Shown here piece after piece: positions 50,939 through 62,870 of a DNA stretch of 64,000 bases. Under the pieces are notes generated by a model. That model was not told the origin of the DNA and made no database searches. It saw nothing but the letters and a program-made list of their open reading frames with translations. The position numbers and the translations under genes were made by a program. Source of the DNA: Octopus vulgaris. Its lineage: Eukaryota. How positions within the stretch are numbered: position 1 is the stretch's first letter; each line of letters opens with the position of its first letter. The stretch covers positions 19,406,001 through 19,470,000 of the forward strand of contig OX597828.1 in assembly GCA_951406725.2 (NCBI GenBank), in the 5' to 3' direction.

Positions 50939-53445
50939 CTAGCAGAGATACCCGGCGTTGCCCGGTTACATTCAATAGAAGAATTAGACTTTTCTGTTTA
51001 TATATATATATATATGGATACACACACACACACAAATATATGTATATTAATATAAATACATGAAAGTACATGAAGTTTGTTAAAAAAAAGGGGATAATGT
51101 ATATACCTCCTGGCTGTTGAGATTATAACACCTCGTTGTAAACAATGTTCCTTGTTTTTTCCTTGTGGAGCATATACAAAAAGGTTTCTTTTGGTTCCTA
51201 CTCTTGAGCAGCCAACATACAGTTGCCTATGCGAGAAGCAGGGCTCTTCCAAGAGAAGACCAGCTACAGAGAGGGTTTGACCCTGAGATTTGTTAATGGA
51301 CATGGCAAAGCTGACACGAAGGGGAATTGCAGTCTTCTGAATGTAAATGGAATTTCTGCTCCTGATGGAGTAAGAGGAAATCTTGGAATAAAGACGTCAT
51401 CACCTTTTCCACATCCAGAAAGAATGATCGCCTCGATAACGTGTGACATCATTTTCTTTATCACCAGTCGTGTTCCATTGCAAAGTCTTGGTGGTTCCAG
51501 ATTGCGGAGTAGCATTACAGGAGTTCCGACTTTAAGTGGTAATATGTGTGGAGGTATTCGAGGAGGATCCAGTGAATTGAGAAATTCAGGAGGATAGTTC
51601 GCAATTTCATTTATATCTGGAATTGTATCAACAGACTTGTAAGTGTGTATAGTGCCGGGAAGAGAATGCATTAGCTGTTGATTAATTTTGTTAACAGCGA
51701 CGTTTTTTGGAGCTAATATTGCTCTTTCACACAGCCAATTGGGATTTTGGTAGGTTTGTGTGAAGTTGGGAAACACTTTGTTTTTGAGGTCATCTACAGA
51801 ATTAACAACAGAGGAAAATGACCACACTTCCATTTGTCCTGCAGCATTGAGAGGCATCTTGCCTTCACCAAGTGTCAAAATGTCCTGTGCAAACTTTGTG
51901 GACATTTTGTCACCGTGTAGCTGAGCTCTCATGTTAGTGGTGAGACTAAAGATTGTAACATGATGCCACAGGGTAGAGGACTTTAGGCATGCTTGGACTT
52001 CATCTGCTCTAGTGCCTTTCGGAATGACAGGAAGAGTTTGCCTGAAATCACCTGACAACAGAAGCGTTACACCTCCCATTGGAGCCTGACAGTCTCGAAT
52101 GTCTTTCAGGGCTCTATCTAATGCTTCCAAAGCTCCCTTAGTGAGCCAATAGTGCACTCATCCCAGACAATTACATAACACATTTTAAGTACTTGTCCCT
52201 GATCTGAGCTTTTGTTGATGTTGCATGAAGGCATTTGAGTGTGGTAGGTTGTTTCACGAATGACAGCAGTGGGGAGGCTATTTGACCCTGACCTGAATGT
52301 ATGAATGCCTGTATATATGCACAAAATCCACTGAGAAGGCTTTTGTTGGTCTGAAGCTACAGCAGAAGACACATGCCAAGTCGCCACACAGTGGGACTGA
52401 ACCCAGGACCATGTGTTTGGAACGTAGTTTGTTACCTGCCCCTATGTATGTGTGTATGGGTAGATATATTATGCACGTATATATGTGTATATATATATGT
52501 GTACATATTACATGTACATCTATATATATACATCTACACATAAAATACAAAGTTATATCTTGATATCGCTAGTGATAACAATACTCAAAATATATAACAG
52601 ACTGGAATTGTAGGCCCGTCTCTTGCAATTTCAATCAATTGGATCTTGTCCTTCCTCTTGTACGGCTGCAGCAAAATTCATTTTTGGACTTTCTTCTATC
52701 GAAGGCATTTTAACAAAAATGCTTCCATAAAGATGGTGAAAATATTGTCAATTTCCCCAAACAGGGACACAATTCAATTTTTAAACAATAACCAAAGCCC
52801 CTTCTCCGAAAGGGGGAGGGTTACAGTTTACAATTATTTAACAAATGCAACACAACAATGTTTCCTTGATGAGGAACCAACAAATGTGATTACAATAGTC
52901 AAACAGTAATAATAATAACAACAAACCTTTTTAATTTATCCCCATTTATATGAAACCACTTATTCAAGTTCAAGTCATTGATGCAATTTTATACGAATTG
53001 CTAATACACACACACACACATAATAAGGGTTAAAAATTGAATATTAATTTGATTAATATGAATTGAAAACCAGTGGTGTAGCATATAAGACATTAGCAGA
53101 TCTTCCTCTAGCAAAAACGATGACCACTATTAATGGCTCATCCCTGTTATATAATACTTTCACTTTAACAGTTTCACACTTGCAAAGAGAAAGTAGGAGA
53201 AAGTGTGGTGGTAATGGAAGGAGTGAAGCACTTGAAATGAGAGAGGCAAATCGTAAAATATTGAGTTTTATCGAATTATTGCTTAATTGGGGGTCAAATT
53301 GAAAAAACTTTATATGCCATGACCCAATCGAATCTACTTGGAAAAATCATAGGTAAATTCCAATTGAAGAAATTCTATATTGTAGAATTGTATTAAAAAC
53401 GAACATGGGAACAGGCAGAGAAAATCTGCCTTTTATCATAAGAGA
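50939..53445 (-). mobile_element. Internally deleted Helitron carrying a PIF1 helicase fragment
   Basis: 3' end on minus strand is CCGGGCAACGCCGGG-tatctctg-CTAG|T (CTAG at 50939-50942). Candidate 5' end A|TCTCTTATGATAAAAGGCAG at 53445 is less certain. A SINE plus microsatellite is inserted at ~52315-52540. Confidence 0.75.
51135..52290 (-). pseudogene. Frameshifted Helitron PIF1-family helicase, C-terminal half
   Basis: IVWDECT (motif II), GDFRQTLPV (III), VMLLRNL..LCNGTRL, RLQFP, then a frameshift to INKSQGQTL (V) and QLYVGCSRV (VI). Split over ORFs 52118-52387, 51264-52157 and 50998-51303. No Rep domain or Walker A seen. Confidence 0.88.
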
Positions 53446-53662
53446 TATATTTAATATTCCATTTCAATATATTGAATAACGCAGGAGTTATATATTGAAG
53501 GCGCAGGAGTGGCTGTGAGGTAAGTAGCTTGCTAACCAACCACAGGGTTCCGGGTTCAGTCCCACTGCATGGCATCTTGGGCAAGTGTCTTCTGCTATAG
53601 CCCCGGGCCGACCAATGCCTTGTGAGTGGATTTGGTAGACGGAAACTGTAAGAAGCCTGTCG

Positions 53663-53699
<37 letters not shown>

Positions 53700-53812
53700 G
53701 TTTGTGTGTCTGTGTTTGTCCCCCTAGCATTGCTTGACAACCGAGGCTGGTGTGTTTACGTCCCTGTCACTTAGCGGTTCAGCAAAAGAGACCAATAGAA
53801 TAGGTCCATTCT

Positions 53813-53866
53813 AACAAAAACTGTCTGATGAACGGCAACGAGAAACTCAGAGTAACAGATTTTGTT
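53813..53866 (+). ncRNA. Type-I hammerhead ribozyme in a Penelope-like remnant (~53805-53965)
   Basis: aacaaaa-a-ctgt-CTGATGA-a-cg(gcaa)cg-a-GAAA-ctc(a)gag-TA-acag-a-ttttgtt. Perfect core, 4+7 bp stem I, near-palindromic stem III ACTCAGAGT. Predicted cut after A53854. Confidence 0.7.
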
Positions 53867-53964
53867 GAATTTTCTGCTGCTTTAAATAAAGCATATTACT
53901 CTACCACTGGTATTTGTGTACTCTTTTTTTTCCACCTTGTTTCACATTTATGTGTTTACTCCGG

Positions 53965-54019
<55 letters not shown>

Positions 54020-55419
54020 TTATTTATGTATGTTTGTGTGTGTCTGTGTTTGTCCCCCCAACATCGCTTGACAACCGATGCTGGTGTGTTTACATCCCTG
54101 TAACTTAGCGGTTCAGCAAAAGAGACCAATAGAATAGGTACAAGGCTTACAAAGAATAAGTGCTGGGGTTAATTTGCTCGACTAAAGGTGGTGCTCCAGC
54201 ATGGCCACAATCAAATGACTGAAACAAGTAAAAGAGTAAAGAATAACAGCAGTGAATTTGCCTTTTGGCAGTTGAAATATGTCATATACATATATATATA
54301 AATATATATATATGTATGTATGTAAGTGTAAGATTAGCTTCGTTCAGTTTCCATCTCCCAAGTCCACTCACAGAGCTTTGGTTGGCCCAAGTCTGTAGTG
54401 GAAGACATTTGCCCAAGGTGCCATGCAATAGGACTGAACCTGAGACCATGTGATTGGGAAGTAAACTTCTTACCACGCAATTCATCTTTTCCTTATTCTT
54501 ATTCTCATAACTGGCAACCACCCTCATCTTTCTCCCTCTTCCCTCACCTCCTACCTCTAACCTCCTCTCTTCTTTCTCTCCTCTTTTGCACAATTGCTTC
54601 TAAACAGTAATAGTCGGCGGCGGTGGTGGTGGTGGTGGTGGCGGTGGTGGGAAGAGTAGAAAGTAAAGGCAGAAAGAATATGATAAAGAACAGTCTACAG
54701 TATAAGATCTTATGGGGGTGGGGACCGGGTGGGTGGGATGGAGGTGGAGGTGGGGGGGGGGGGGGGGGTAAATGCACGTGATGAGAACTGACGGGAATTG
54801 AACCAGTCTTGTGTGACAATTCTCTTTTGACCTTGATTACTATTTCAGAAGTTGGAGGAATTGTATTACAAAGCATTTAACATTTTGAAAACCTCTGTTC
54901 ACACACACACGCAAACACACAACTAAATACACACACACACACACATACACGCAAACATACACACACACACAAACATACATGTGTACACTTCACACTTATA
55001 TGTATTTGTATACGCTTAAAGCAATAACTAAATTACATGTGTGCGTGAGTGTATGAGTGCATATACATGCACATATATTGTTTACATGTGTATGCGTGTG
55101 TGTGTGTGAGCATAACTGTTTATGGTTTACATAAAAAATGTCTGTCAGCTTCTGTTTGTGTGTGTGTGTGTGTGTGTATGCATGCATACATAAATGTATG
55201 AAAATAAAAATATACATACATGTTTACATGCGTGTGTTTATGCATGAACATGTCAGTAATGTGCATGTGTATATATGCATGTATGTATGTGTGTGTGTGT
55301 ATATATACACACACACACATATATATATTTATACACACACACACACATATACATGTATGTATATCTTTTATCTTTTACTTGTTTCAGTCATTAGACTGGC
55401 CACCCTGGGGCACTGTATA

Positions 55420-55457
<38 letters not shown>

Positions 55458-56161
55458 ATTGTAGCTATATATATGTGCAATATGCAATAGTTTATTAATT
55501 ATCCATTCTTAATCCAGCGCATACACACACACACACACTCACAGCCACATGCTAAAACCTATACGCATACACCATATTACATCCATCCACACTTTCACAC
55601 ACAGTATAACTGACACACGTACACACAGATATACACACAAGTATATTTCTCTTCTCTCTATATTTTCACATCCGTTCTTAATCAGATTTTTTTTTTGAGG
55701 GGAGTGTTTAGTACCCCCTGGCGTGTGATTCACACTTAAAACACCGCACTATTTACACAGGCCCTGCATGATTTGTTATGGCTCGTTAAATGCACAAGAG
55801 GTCCACCTGGTTTACAGGAAGGGGAGTGTTTTTGGAAATGTAGTAACGATGTGGCTTGAGAGAGTTTTGTATTCAAGATGGTGGTGATGGATTCAAAAGC
55901 TGGTACATGCATATTTCTTTCTCTTTTCTCTCCCCCTCTATTCCAGTCTATTTATCTCAGTCTATCTATCTATATCGGTATGTGTGTGTGTGTATATATC
56001 ATTAGCAGCATCTCTTAACATCATTTTTCTAGTTTTTGTCTACTAAATTCACTCACAAAGCATTGAGTGGCTGTGCAGAACCTTAAAAAATGTCTCCTAC
56101 TATAACCCTGGCGCAACCAAATCTTTGTGAGATTTGATAGTCAGGAATTGAAAGAAGCCTG

Positions 56162-56206
<45 letters not shown>

Positions 56207-56584
56207 AATAAGGATAAGATCGTTATTTAAAATACTGATCTTATCAAGTGGCTAGCATAAGAATATATCATCATCATCATCGTCGTTTAGCGTTCGTTTT
56301 CCATGCTAGCATGGGTTGGACGGTTCTACTGGGGTCTGTGAAGCCAGAACGCTGCGCCAGGCCCAGTCAAATCTGGCAGTGTTTCTACGGCTGGATGCCC
56401 TTCCTAACGCCATATATATATTGGAGTGGCTGTGTGGTAAGTAGTTTGCTTACAAACCACATGGTTCCAGGTCCAGTCCAACTGCATGGCTAATGGGCAA
56501 GTGTCTTCTACTATAGCTTCGGGCCAACCAAAGCCTTGTGAGTGGATTTGGTAGACGGAAACTGAAAGAAGCCCGTCGTATATA

Positions 56585-56616
<32 letters not shown>

Positions 56617-56706
56617 CATACAAATTGAGATAGGGGTTGTAAATGCAACCCTCCATGGGATAACATATATCCAATATACTAGATGTATTTCTCCATTTTC
56701 TTATTT

Positions 56707-56771
<65 letters not shown>

Positions 56772-57564
56772 GTGTGTGTATATGTTTGTGTGTCTGTGTT
56801 TGCCCCCCCTCCCCTAACATCACTTGACAACCGATGCTAGTGTGTTTACGTCCCTGTAACTTAGCGGTTCAGCAAAAGAGGCCGATAGAATAAGTCTTAC
56901 AAAGAATAAGTTCTGGGGTCGATTTGCTCGACTAAAGGCGGTGCTCCAGCATGGCCACAGTCAAATGACTGAAAAGAGTAAAAGAGTATATATATATATA
57001 TATATATATATATACTAAAAATTAATATCAACAGCTAGAGGCAATATAATACCATAAACGAAAAATTTTATCATTACTAATTGTGACAGAGGGTGCCAAG
57101 GCACCTATATTGCAAGAAATAAGTTAAAAACACCGAATGCTGTAAGAAGCATGCAATATATATACACTGAAGGGGAGAAAACCACCCCATGATCACCCCC
57201 TACGATCAGTAGATTAGATTAGTTTTGCCTATCAGTTGTAGGCTTACTTGATGGTTTGGCTAAATTCGGTTGTCAGTATATATATATATAAGAATTTATG
57301 GCTTATTTAGTGAATATATGGCAGTGCCCCAGCATGGCCACAGCTCGTGAGCTGAAACTAGATAAAATAAAAAATAAATAAATAAAATTAAAAAAATATT
57401 TATATATATATATTAATATCAAACAGTGAGAATGAGTGCTCAACACTAATATTGGTGGATAAATATTTTTATTTTGTGGTTAACCAGGCTACTATTGGTT
57501 CCATGGTAAGAGAGAGATATCACTAACCATGAAACTGATGGTATCCTGGTTAACTAAAGAATAT

Positions 57565-58455
57565 ATCATCATCATCATCATCATAGTTTAATGACCAGTT
57601 TCCATGTTAGCAGGGGTTGGACGATTTGACTGAGGTCTGGCGAACCAGATAGCTGCACTAGACTCCAATCTGATCTGACAGAGTTTCTACAGCTGGATGT
57701 CCTTCCTAACGCCAACCACTCTGAGAGTGTAGTGGGTGCTTTTACGTGCTACTGGCACGAGGGCCAGTCAGGAGGTACTAGCAATGGCCATGCTCAAATG
57801 GTGCTTTCTATGTGTCACTGCACAGGAGCCAGATGAGCGGCACTGGCAACGACCTCGTTCGAATGTTTTTTCACATGCCACCAGCACAAATGCTAGTAAG
57901 GCGACACAAGTAATGATCACGCTTGAATGGTGTTTTTAATGTGCCAGCTTGTTGCTCTGGCCATGGTACTCTTAGTGCTCCACTAGCATGGATGCAGTCA
58001 TCGAATTTGATTTCGATTTTTAAATTTCACTTGGCTCAACAGGTCTTCACAAGCAGAGTTTAGTGTCCAATGAAGGAAAAGCATGCATAAGTGGACTGGT
58101 TACACCTCTGGCCTAGGCCACAAGGTTATGATCTCACTTGACTTGTCAGGTCTTCTCAAGCACAGCATATTTCCAAAGGTCTCAGTCACTAGTCATTGCC
58201 TCGGTGAGGCCTAATGTTCGAAGGTCATGCTTCACCACCTCATCCCAGGTCTTCCTGGGTCTACCTCTTCTACAGGTTCCCTCAACCGCTAGGGTGTGAC
58301 ACTTTTTCATACATCTATCCTCATCCATTCTCGCCACATGACCATACGAGTGCAGTCGTCTCCCTTGCACACCACATCTGATGCTTCTTAGGTCCAACTT
58401 TTCTCTCAAGGTACTCACACTCTGTCGAGTATGCACATTGACATTATACATCCAT
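57565..58455 (-). mobile_element. RTE-clade LINE 3' fragment (ORF end, long 3' UTR, (GAT)n tail)
   Basis: RRLHSYGHVARMDEDR...GTCRRGRPRKTWDEVVKHDL is an RTE ORF2 C-terminus. The 3' UTR has internal ggtgcttt..gtgcc repeats. 3'-only copies of this UTR lie at ~7190-7515(+), 10607-11220, 15763-15900, 18570-18845, 22641-23020, 32345-32640, 32977-33210, 35198-35610, 36980-37230(+), 41483-41745, 49202-49440 and 56267-56411. Confidence 0.85.
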
Positions 58456-58626
58456 GAGTAAAAAAAAGTTTTAGTGCATTAACACTTATAAGTACACCAA
58501 GCAGAAGAAGAAAAATATAAATGATGTTAGAAGACTGATTGTGTCAAATTGTAATGAAGATTGCACTGTAACTGAAATCACCTCCATATTAGAACGTCTT
58601 CAGGCAAGTGTTCAAAACTGTTATTT

Positions 58627-59035
58627 AGGCACAAGAGTGGCTGTGTGGTAAGTAGCTTGCTTACCAGCCACATGATTCTGGGTTCAGTCCCACTGCGTGG
58701 CACCTTGGGCAAGTGTCTTCTACTATAACCTCGGGTCGACCAAATCCTCAAGTGGATTTGGTAGACAGAAACTGAAAGAAACCCGTCGTATATATGTATA
58801 TATATGTATGCGTGTGTATATGTTTATGTGTGTGTGTGTCCTCCCCAACATCGCTTGACAACCGATGCTGGTGTGTTTACGTCCCCGTAACTTAGTGGTT
58901 TGGCAAAAAAGAAACCGATAGAATAAGTACTAGGCTAACAAAGAATAAAACCTGGGGTCGAATTGCTCAGCTAAAGGCGGTGCTCCAGCATGGCCACAGT
59001 CGAATGACTGAAACAAGTAAAAAGAGTAAAAGGAG
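58627..59035 (+). mobile_element. SINE family A full copy
   Basis: Complete head-to-tail match to the family, inserted in the left arm of an old inverted duplication. Confidence 0.85.
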
Positions 59036-60337
59036 TAATGATACAAACAGAGAGAACGTTTTGAACAAAAAAAAATTGAGGAGGTTTTCAAAGTAGTAAA
59101 ATTTCAAAAGATATTAAAATCTTTATACAGTCTTAAGTGGCTGAAAAATGTCATATTTTTAACCCCTTTTGATACCAACCTGCTTGAGACTGATCTTAGG
59201 GCTTGGAGTGAGACACACATTTTTTTTTTCTCTCTTTTTACTTGTTTCAGTCATTTGACTGCGGCCATGCTGGAGCACCGCCTTTAATCGAGAAAATCGA
59301 CCCCGGGACTTATTCTTTTGTAAGCCCAGTACTTATTCTATCGGTCTCTTTTGCCAAACCGCTAAGTGACGGGGACATAAACACACCAGCATCGGTTGTC
59401 AAGCAATGCTTGGGGGACAAACACATACATGCATATATAAATATATACATATATACGACGGGCTTCTTTCAGTTTCCGTCTACCAAATCCACTCACAAGG
59501 CCTTGGTCGGCCCGAGGCTATAGTAGAAGACACTTGCCCAAGGTGCCACTGTCATTGTTTGAATAAATTCCATTAGACCTCTTGAATGTGTAAAGGAGAC
59601 TTTTATTGCATTTATAAACACCTGTTTTTGACAACTTCACATTCAAATACACAAAAACCACATTGGACAGCATTTTTAACCCTTTTGTTACCATATTTCT
59701 GTTGAAGTACACTGTCATTGTTTGAATAAATTTTGAAAATGATGAAGAATTCGATGAAGCAACTTTGTTGTAATTAAGTTTGTGTTTAAAACATGAATTA
59801 ACATGAAATTTTGATTCCTTTAAAATAAGAAACTTGTATCAAAGAACTAAGATCAGTCTCAGGTAGGTTGGTATAAAAAGGATTAAATATATATGACAAT
59901 TTTCATCTACTTAAGATTTTAATATCTTTTGAAATTTTACTGGTTTGGAAACCTCCTTGATTTTTTTGTTCAATACGTTCTTTCTGTTTGCAAACTAAAA
60001 TAATATTTTGAATGCTTGCCCGAAGGCTATCTAATATGGAGACAATTTCAGTCACAGTACAAACTTTATTATAATTTGTCACAATTAGTTTTCTAATATC
60101 ATTTAAAATTTTCTTCCTCTGGTTGGCTACGACAGGTGGAGAACAATACTTCTGATAAACATTAAATTTAAGTTGACTATAGTGAAATGAAAGCTAATGG
60201 CAAAATCAAAGTTGATGAAATTGAGAAAGCTGAAAATGTAGTCAAGACTGAATATAATATAAGTGAGAATGATGAATTTGAGGCTGATATTGACAAGATT
60301 GAATAGGTAATGTCCAATTTGAGGAGCAAACCCTGTA

Positions 60338-60392
<55 letters not shown>

Positions 60393-61076
60393 TACACTAT
60401 CAATTTCAGACCAGAATATACATAAAATATATGAAAGAATGAATGAATACAAGATTTAGAACACATAAGATCTCATATATATTATCTTACAGTACTATGA
60501 AATATTTTTTGTATGGATTGTGTATTTTATTTAAAGCAAGTTGTACAGTGATGTAATTTTTAATTTAGGACAAAGACATTTCTCAGTTTCTGCTGACAAT
60601 ATCAAATAAATCAGTGGTAATTTTTTTTTTCTTTAGAAATTTCTAAAATGAAATATATATGAATATTCTGAATAAATGTTTTTATTAAAAATATTACAGA
60701 GGAAGTTAATCTCACCAATGTAGATTCATTTTCAATTCTATATAATAGTATTGAATAGTTATTATACCATTACATCATCTCTCCTTTGAGAATATATCCT
60801 TTTTGTCGAAATACACAATCTTTGTTTGAATTAATTTTGAAAATAAGAAAGAATCTAGTAAAATAACTTTGTCAATATTAAGATGGGGTTTGGAATGAAA
60901 TTTTGATGGGAGATTTTAATTCAAATCACTTTAAAACAGAACTTGTATCATAAAACTAGAGTCTTTCTCAGGCATTTTGGTATCATAAAGTTTGAACAAA
61001 GTATTTCTTCCAGATGAAATGTACCAATGCATTGTACTTATTGTTCTGTGTGAAAAATGGATTCTGTGAGAAAAAT

Positions 61077-62273
61077 TTAGCACTGCTTCTCTTCCATATG
61101 GATGAGTTTGTGTCGAGTTAAACCACCTTTCCCAGAAAATGACTTATCACAGATATCACAGAGGTATGGTTTACCTCCTGTGTGAGTATGTTTGTGAGAA
61201 GTTAACTCGCCCTTTTGAGAGAATGAAATATCACAGATATCACAAAGAAATGGTTTATTGCTTGCATGAATGCATTTGTGAGAATTCAAGTAACTTCTTC
61301 GAGAGAATGTTTTACCACAGATATCGCAGAGATATGGCTTCTCTCCTGTATGAATACGTTTGTGAGTTGTTAAATGGCTATCTATGGAGAATGATTTACC
61401 ACAGATATCACAGTGATATGGCCTCTCTCCTGTGTGAATTCGTATGTGTTTAGTTAAGCTGCATGTAACAGAGAATGATTTTCCACAAATGTCACAGTGA
61501 TACGGCCTTTCCCCTGTATGAATACGTATGTGAGTGGTTAAGACACTACTTTGAGAGAATGATTTACCACAGATATCACAGTGATATGGTTTCTCTCCTG
61601 TATGAATACGTTTATGAATAGTTAAATTACTACCTATGGAGAATGATTTGCCACAGATATCGCAGTGATATGGCTTCTCTCCTGTATGAATACGTTTGTG
61701 AGAAGTTGACAGAAACGACGTAGAGAATGATTTACCACAGATATCACAGTGATATGGCTTCTCTCCAGCATGAATATGCTTACGAGTAGTTACTTTACTA
61801 CTTTCAGAGAATAACTTACTATATATATCACAGTGATATGGTTTCTCTTCTGTATGAATATGTTTGTGAGTAGCTAGATTACCAACTGTAGAGAAAGATT
61901 TACCACAGATATCACAGTGATACAGTTTCTCTTCCGTATGAACGTGTTTATGAGTAGTTAAGTTACCACTTTCAGAGAATGATTTACCACAGATATCACA
62001 ATGATATGGCTTCTCTCCTGTATGAATACGTATGTGAGTAGTCAAGACACTATTTTGAGAGAATGATTTACCACAGATATCACAATGATATGGCTTCTCC
62101 CCTGTATGAATACGTTCATGTCGTGTTAGGTTACTTTTTTTAGAGAATGACTTTTTACAGATATCACAGTAGTATGATGTTTTTCCTATCTGTTTCAGAA
62201 TCTCATCAGGAAATTCGGTCCTTTTGGAATGCGTTTTATAAATAACCTGGGTCTCACACAATTCATTTTCCAT
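61077..62273 (-). CDS. Tandem C2H2 (Kruppel-type) zinc-finger protein, 13 fingers (finger 5 degenerate), no KRAB/BTB seen
   Basis: Intact 398-aa ORF. Repeated [11 protein letters not shown].....LT.H.RIH with TGEKP linkers after a ~30-aa leader. Typical of the expanded cephalopod C2H2 family. Confidence 0.93.
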   Translation of the reverse strand: MENELCETQVIYKTHSKRTEFPDEILKQIGKTSYYCDICKKSFSKKSNLTRHERIHTGEKPYHCDICGKSFSQNSVLTTHIRIHTGEKPYHCDICGKSFSESGNLTTHKHVHTEEKLYHCDICGKSFSTVGNLATHKHIHTEEKPYHCDIYSKLFSESSKVTTRKHIHAGEKPYHCDICGKSFSTSFLSTSHKRIHTGEKPYHCDICGKSFSIGSNLTIHKRIHTGEKPYHCDICGKSFSQSSVLTTHIRIHTGERPYHCDICGKSFSVTCSLTKHIRIHTGERPYHCDICGKSFSIDSHLTTHKRIHTGEKPYLCDICGKTFSRRSYLNSHKCIHASNKPFLCDICDISFSQKGELTSHKHTHTGGKPYLCDICDKSFSGKGGLTRHKLIHMEEKQC

Positions 62274-62536
62274 AATCTTCTGCTGTAACTATAATATATG
62301 GATATTTATTTTGTGTTAAGTTCAATATCTGATTTCTTTCAAATATTTCTTCAACTACATTCCAGCCACCGTGATCTTGGTCTTAGATTTCTTACACAGG
62401 GGAGCCAGTTACATCTTCAATAAATTTTCCACATTTAATTAGAATGCAAGATTGTCTTGTACACACTCCAGGTAGAAGAGTAGAGAAATGTTGTTTCTAA
62501 TCTCATTTCATTGGAAATGTTTCATAGTAATTCATC

Positions 62537-62577
<41 letters not shown>

Positions 62578-62578
<1 letters not shown>

Positions 62579-62870
62579 GAGGCACAATGGCCCAGTGGTT
62601 AGGGCAGTGGACTCGTGGTCGTAGGATCACGGTTTCGATTCCCAGACCGGGCGTTGTGAGTGTTTATTGAGCGAAAACACCTAAAAGCTCCACGATGCTC
62701 CGGCAGGGGGTGGCGATCCCTGCTGTACTCTTTCACCACTCTTTCTTCTGTTGGCCTGCTCGCTTAGCCAGCGGGGTGGCGTCATTCAAAGGCTAAAACA
62801 ATGCGAACGCATTGTGACCAGCGATGTGTAACAACATCTGATGGTCTGGTCGGTCACATGATCACATGAT
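62578..62870 (+). mobile_element. tRNA-derived SINE family C
   Basis: GGAGGCACAATGGCCCAGTGGTTAGGGCAG..GGTTTCGATTCCCAGACCGGGCG head. Other copies at 36590-36940(-), 40287-40612(+) and 63340-63695(-). Confidence 0.8.

Noticed and set aside
57200-57260. Possible further hammerhead on the minus strand (gccta/taggc stem, AAAA-ctaa-TC)
   Set aside because: No recognisable CUGANGA and no GAAA; too decayed to support.
60176-60337. Acidic reading frame followed by a CCCTGTA Tc1-like end
   Set aside because: Only about 43 codons, no catalytic motif and no matching second TIR.
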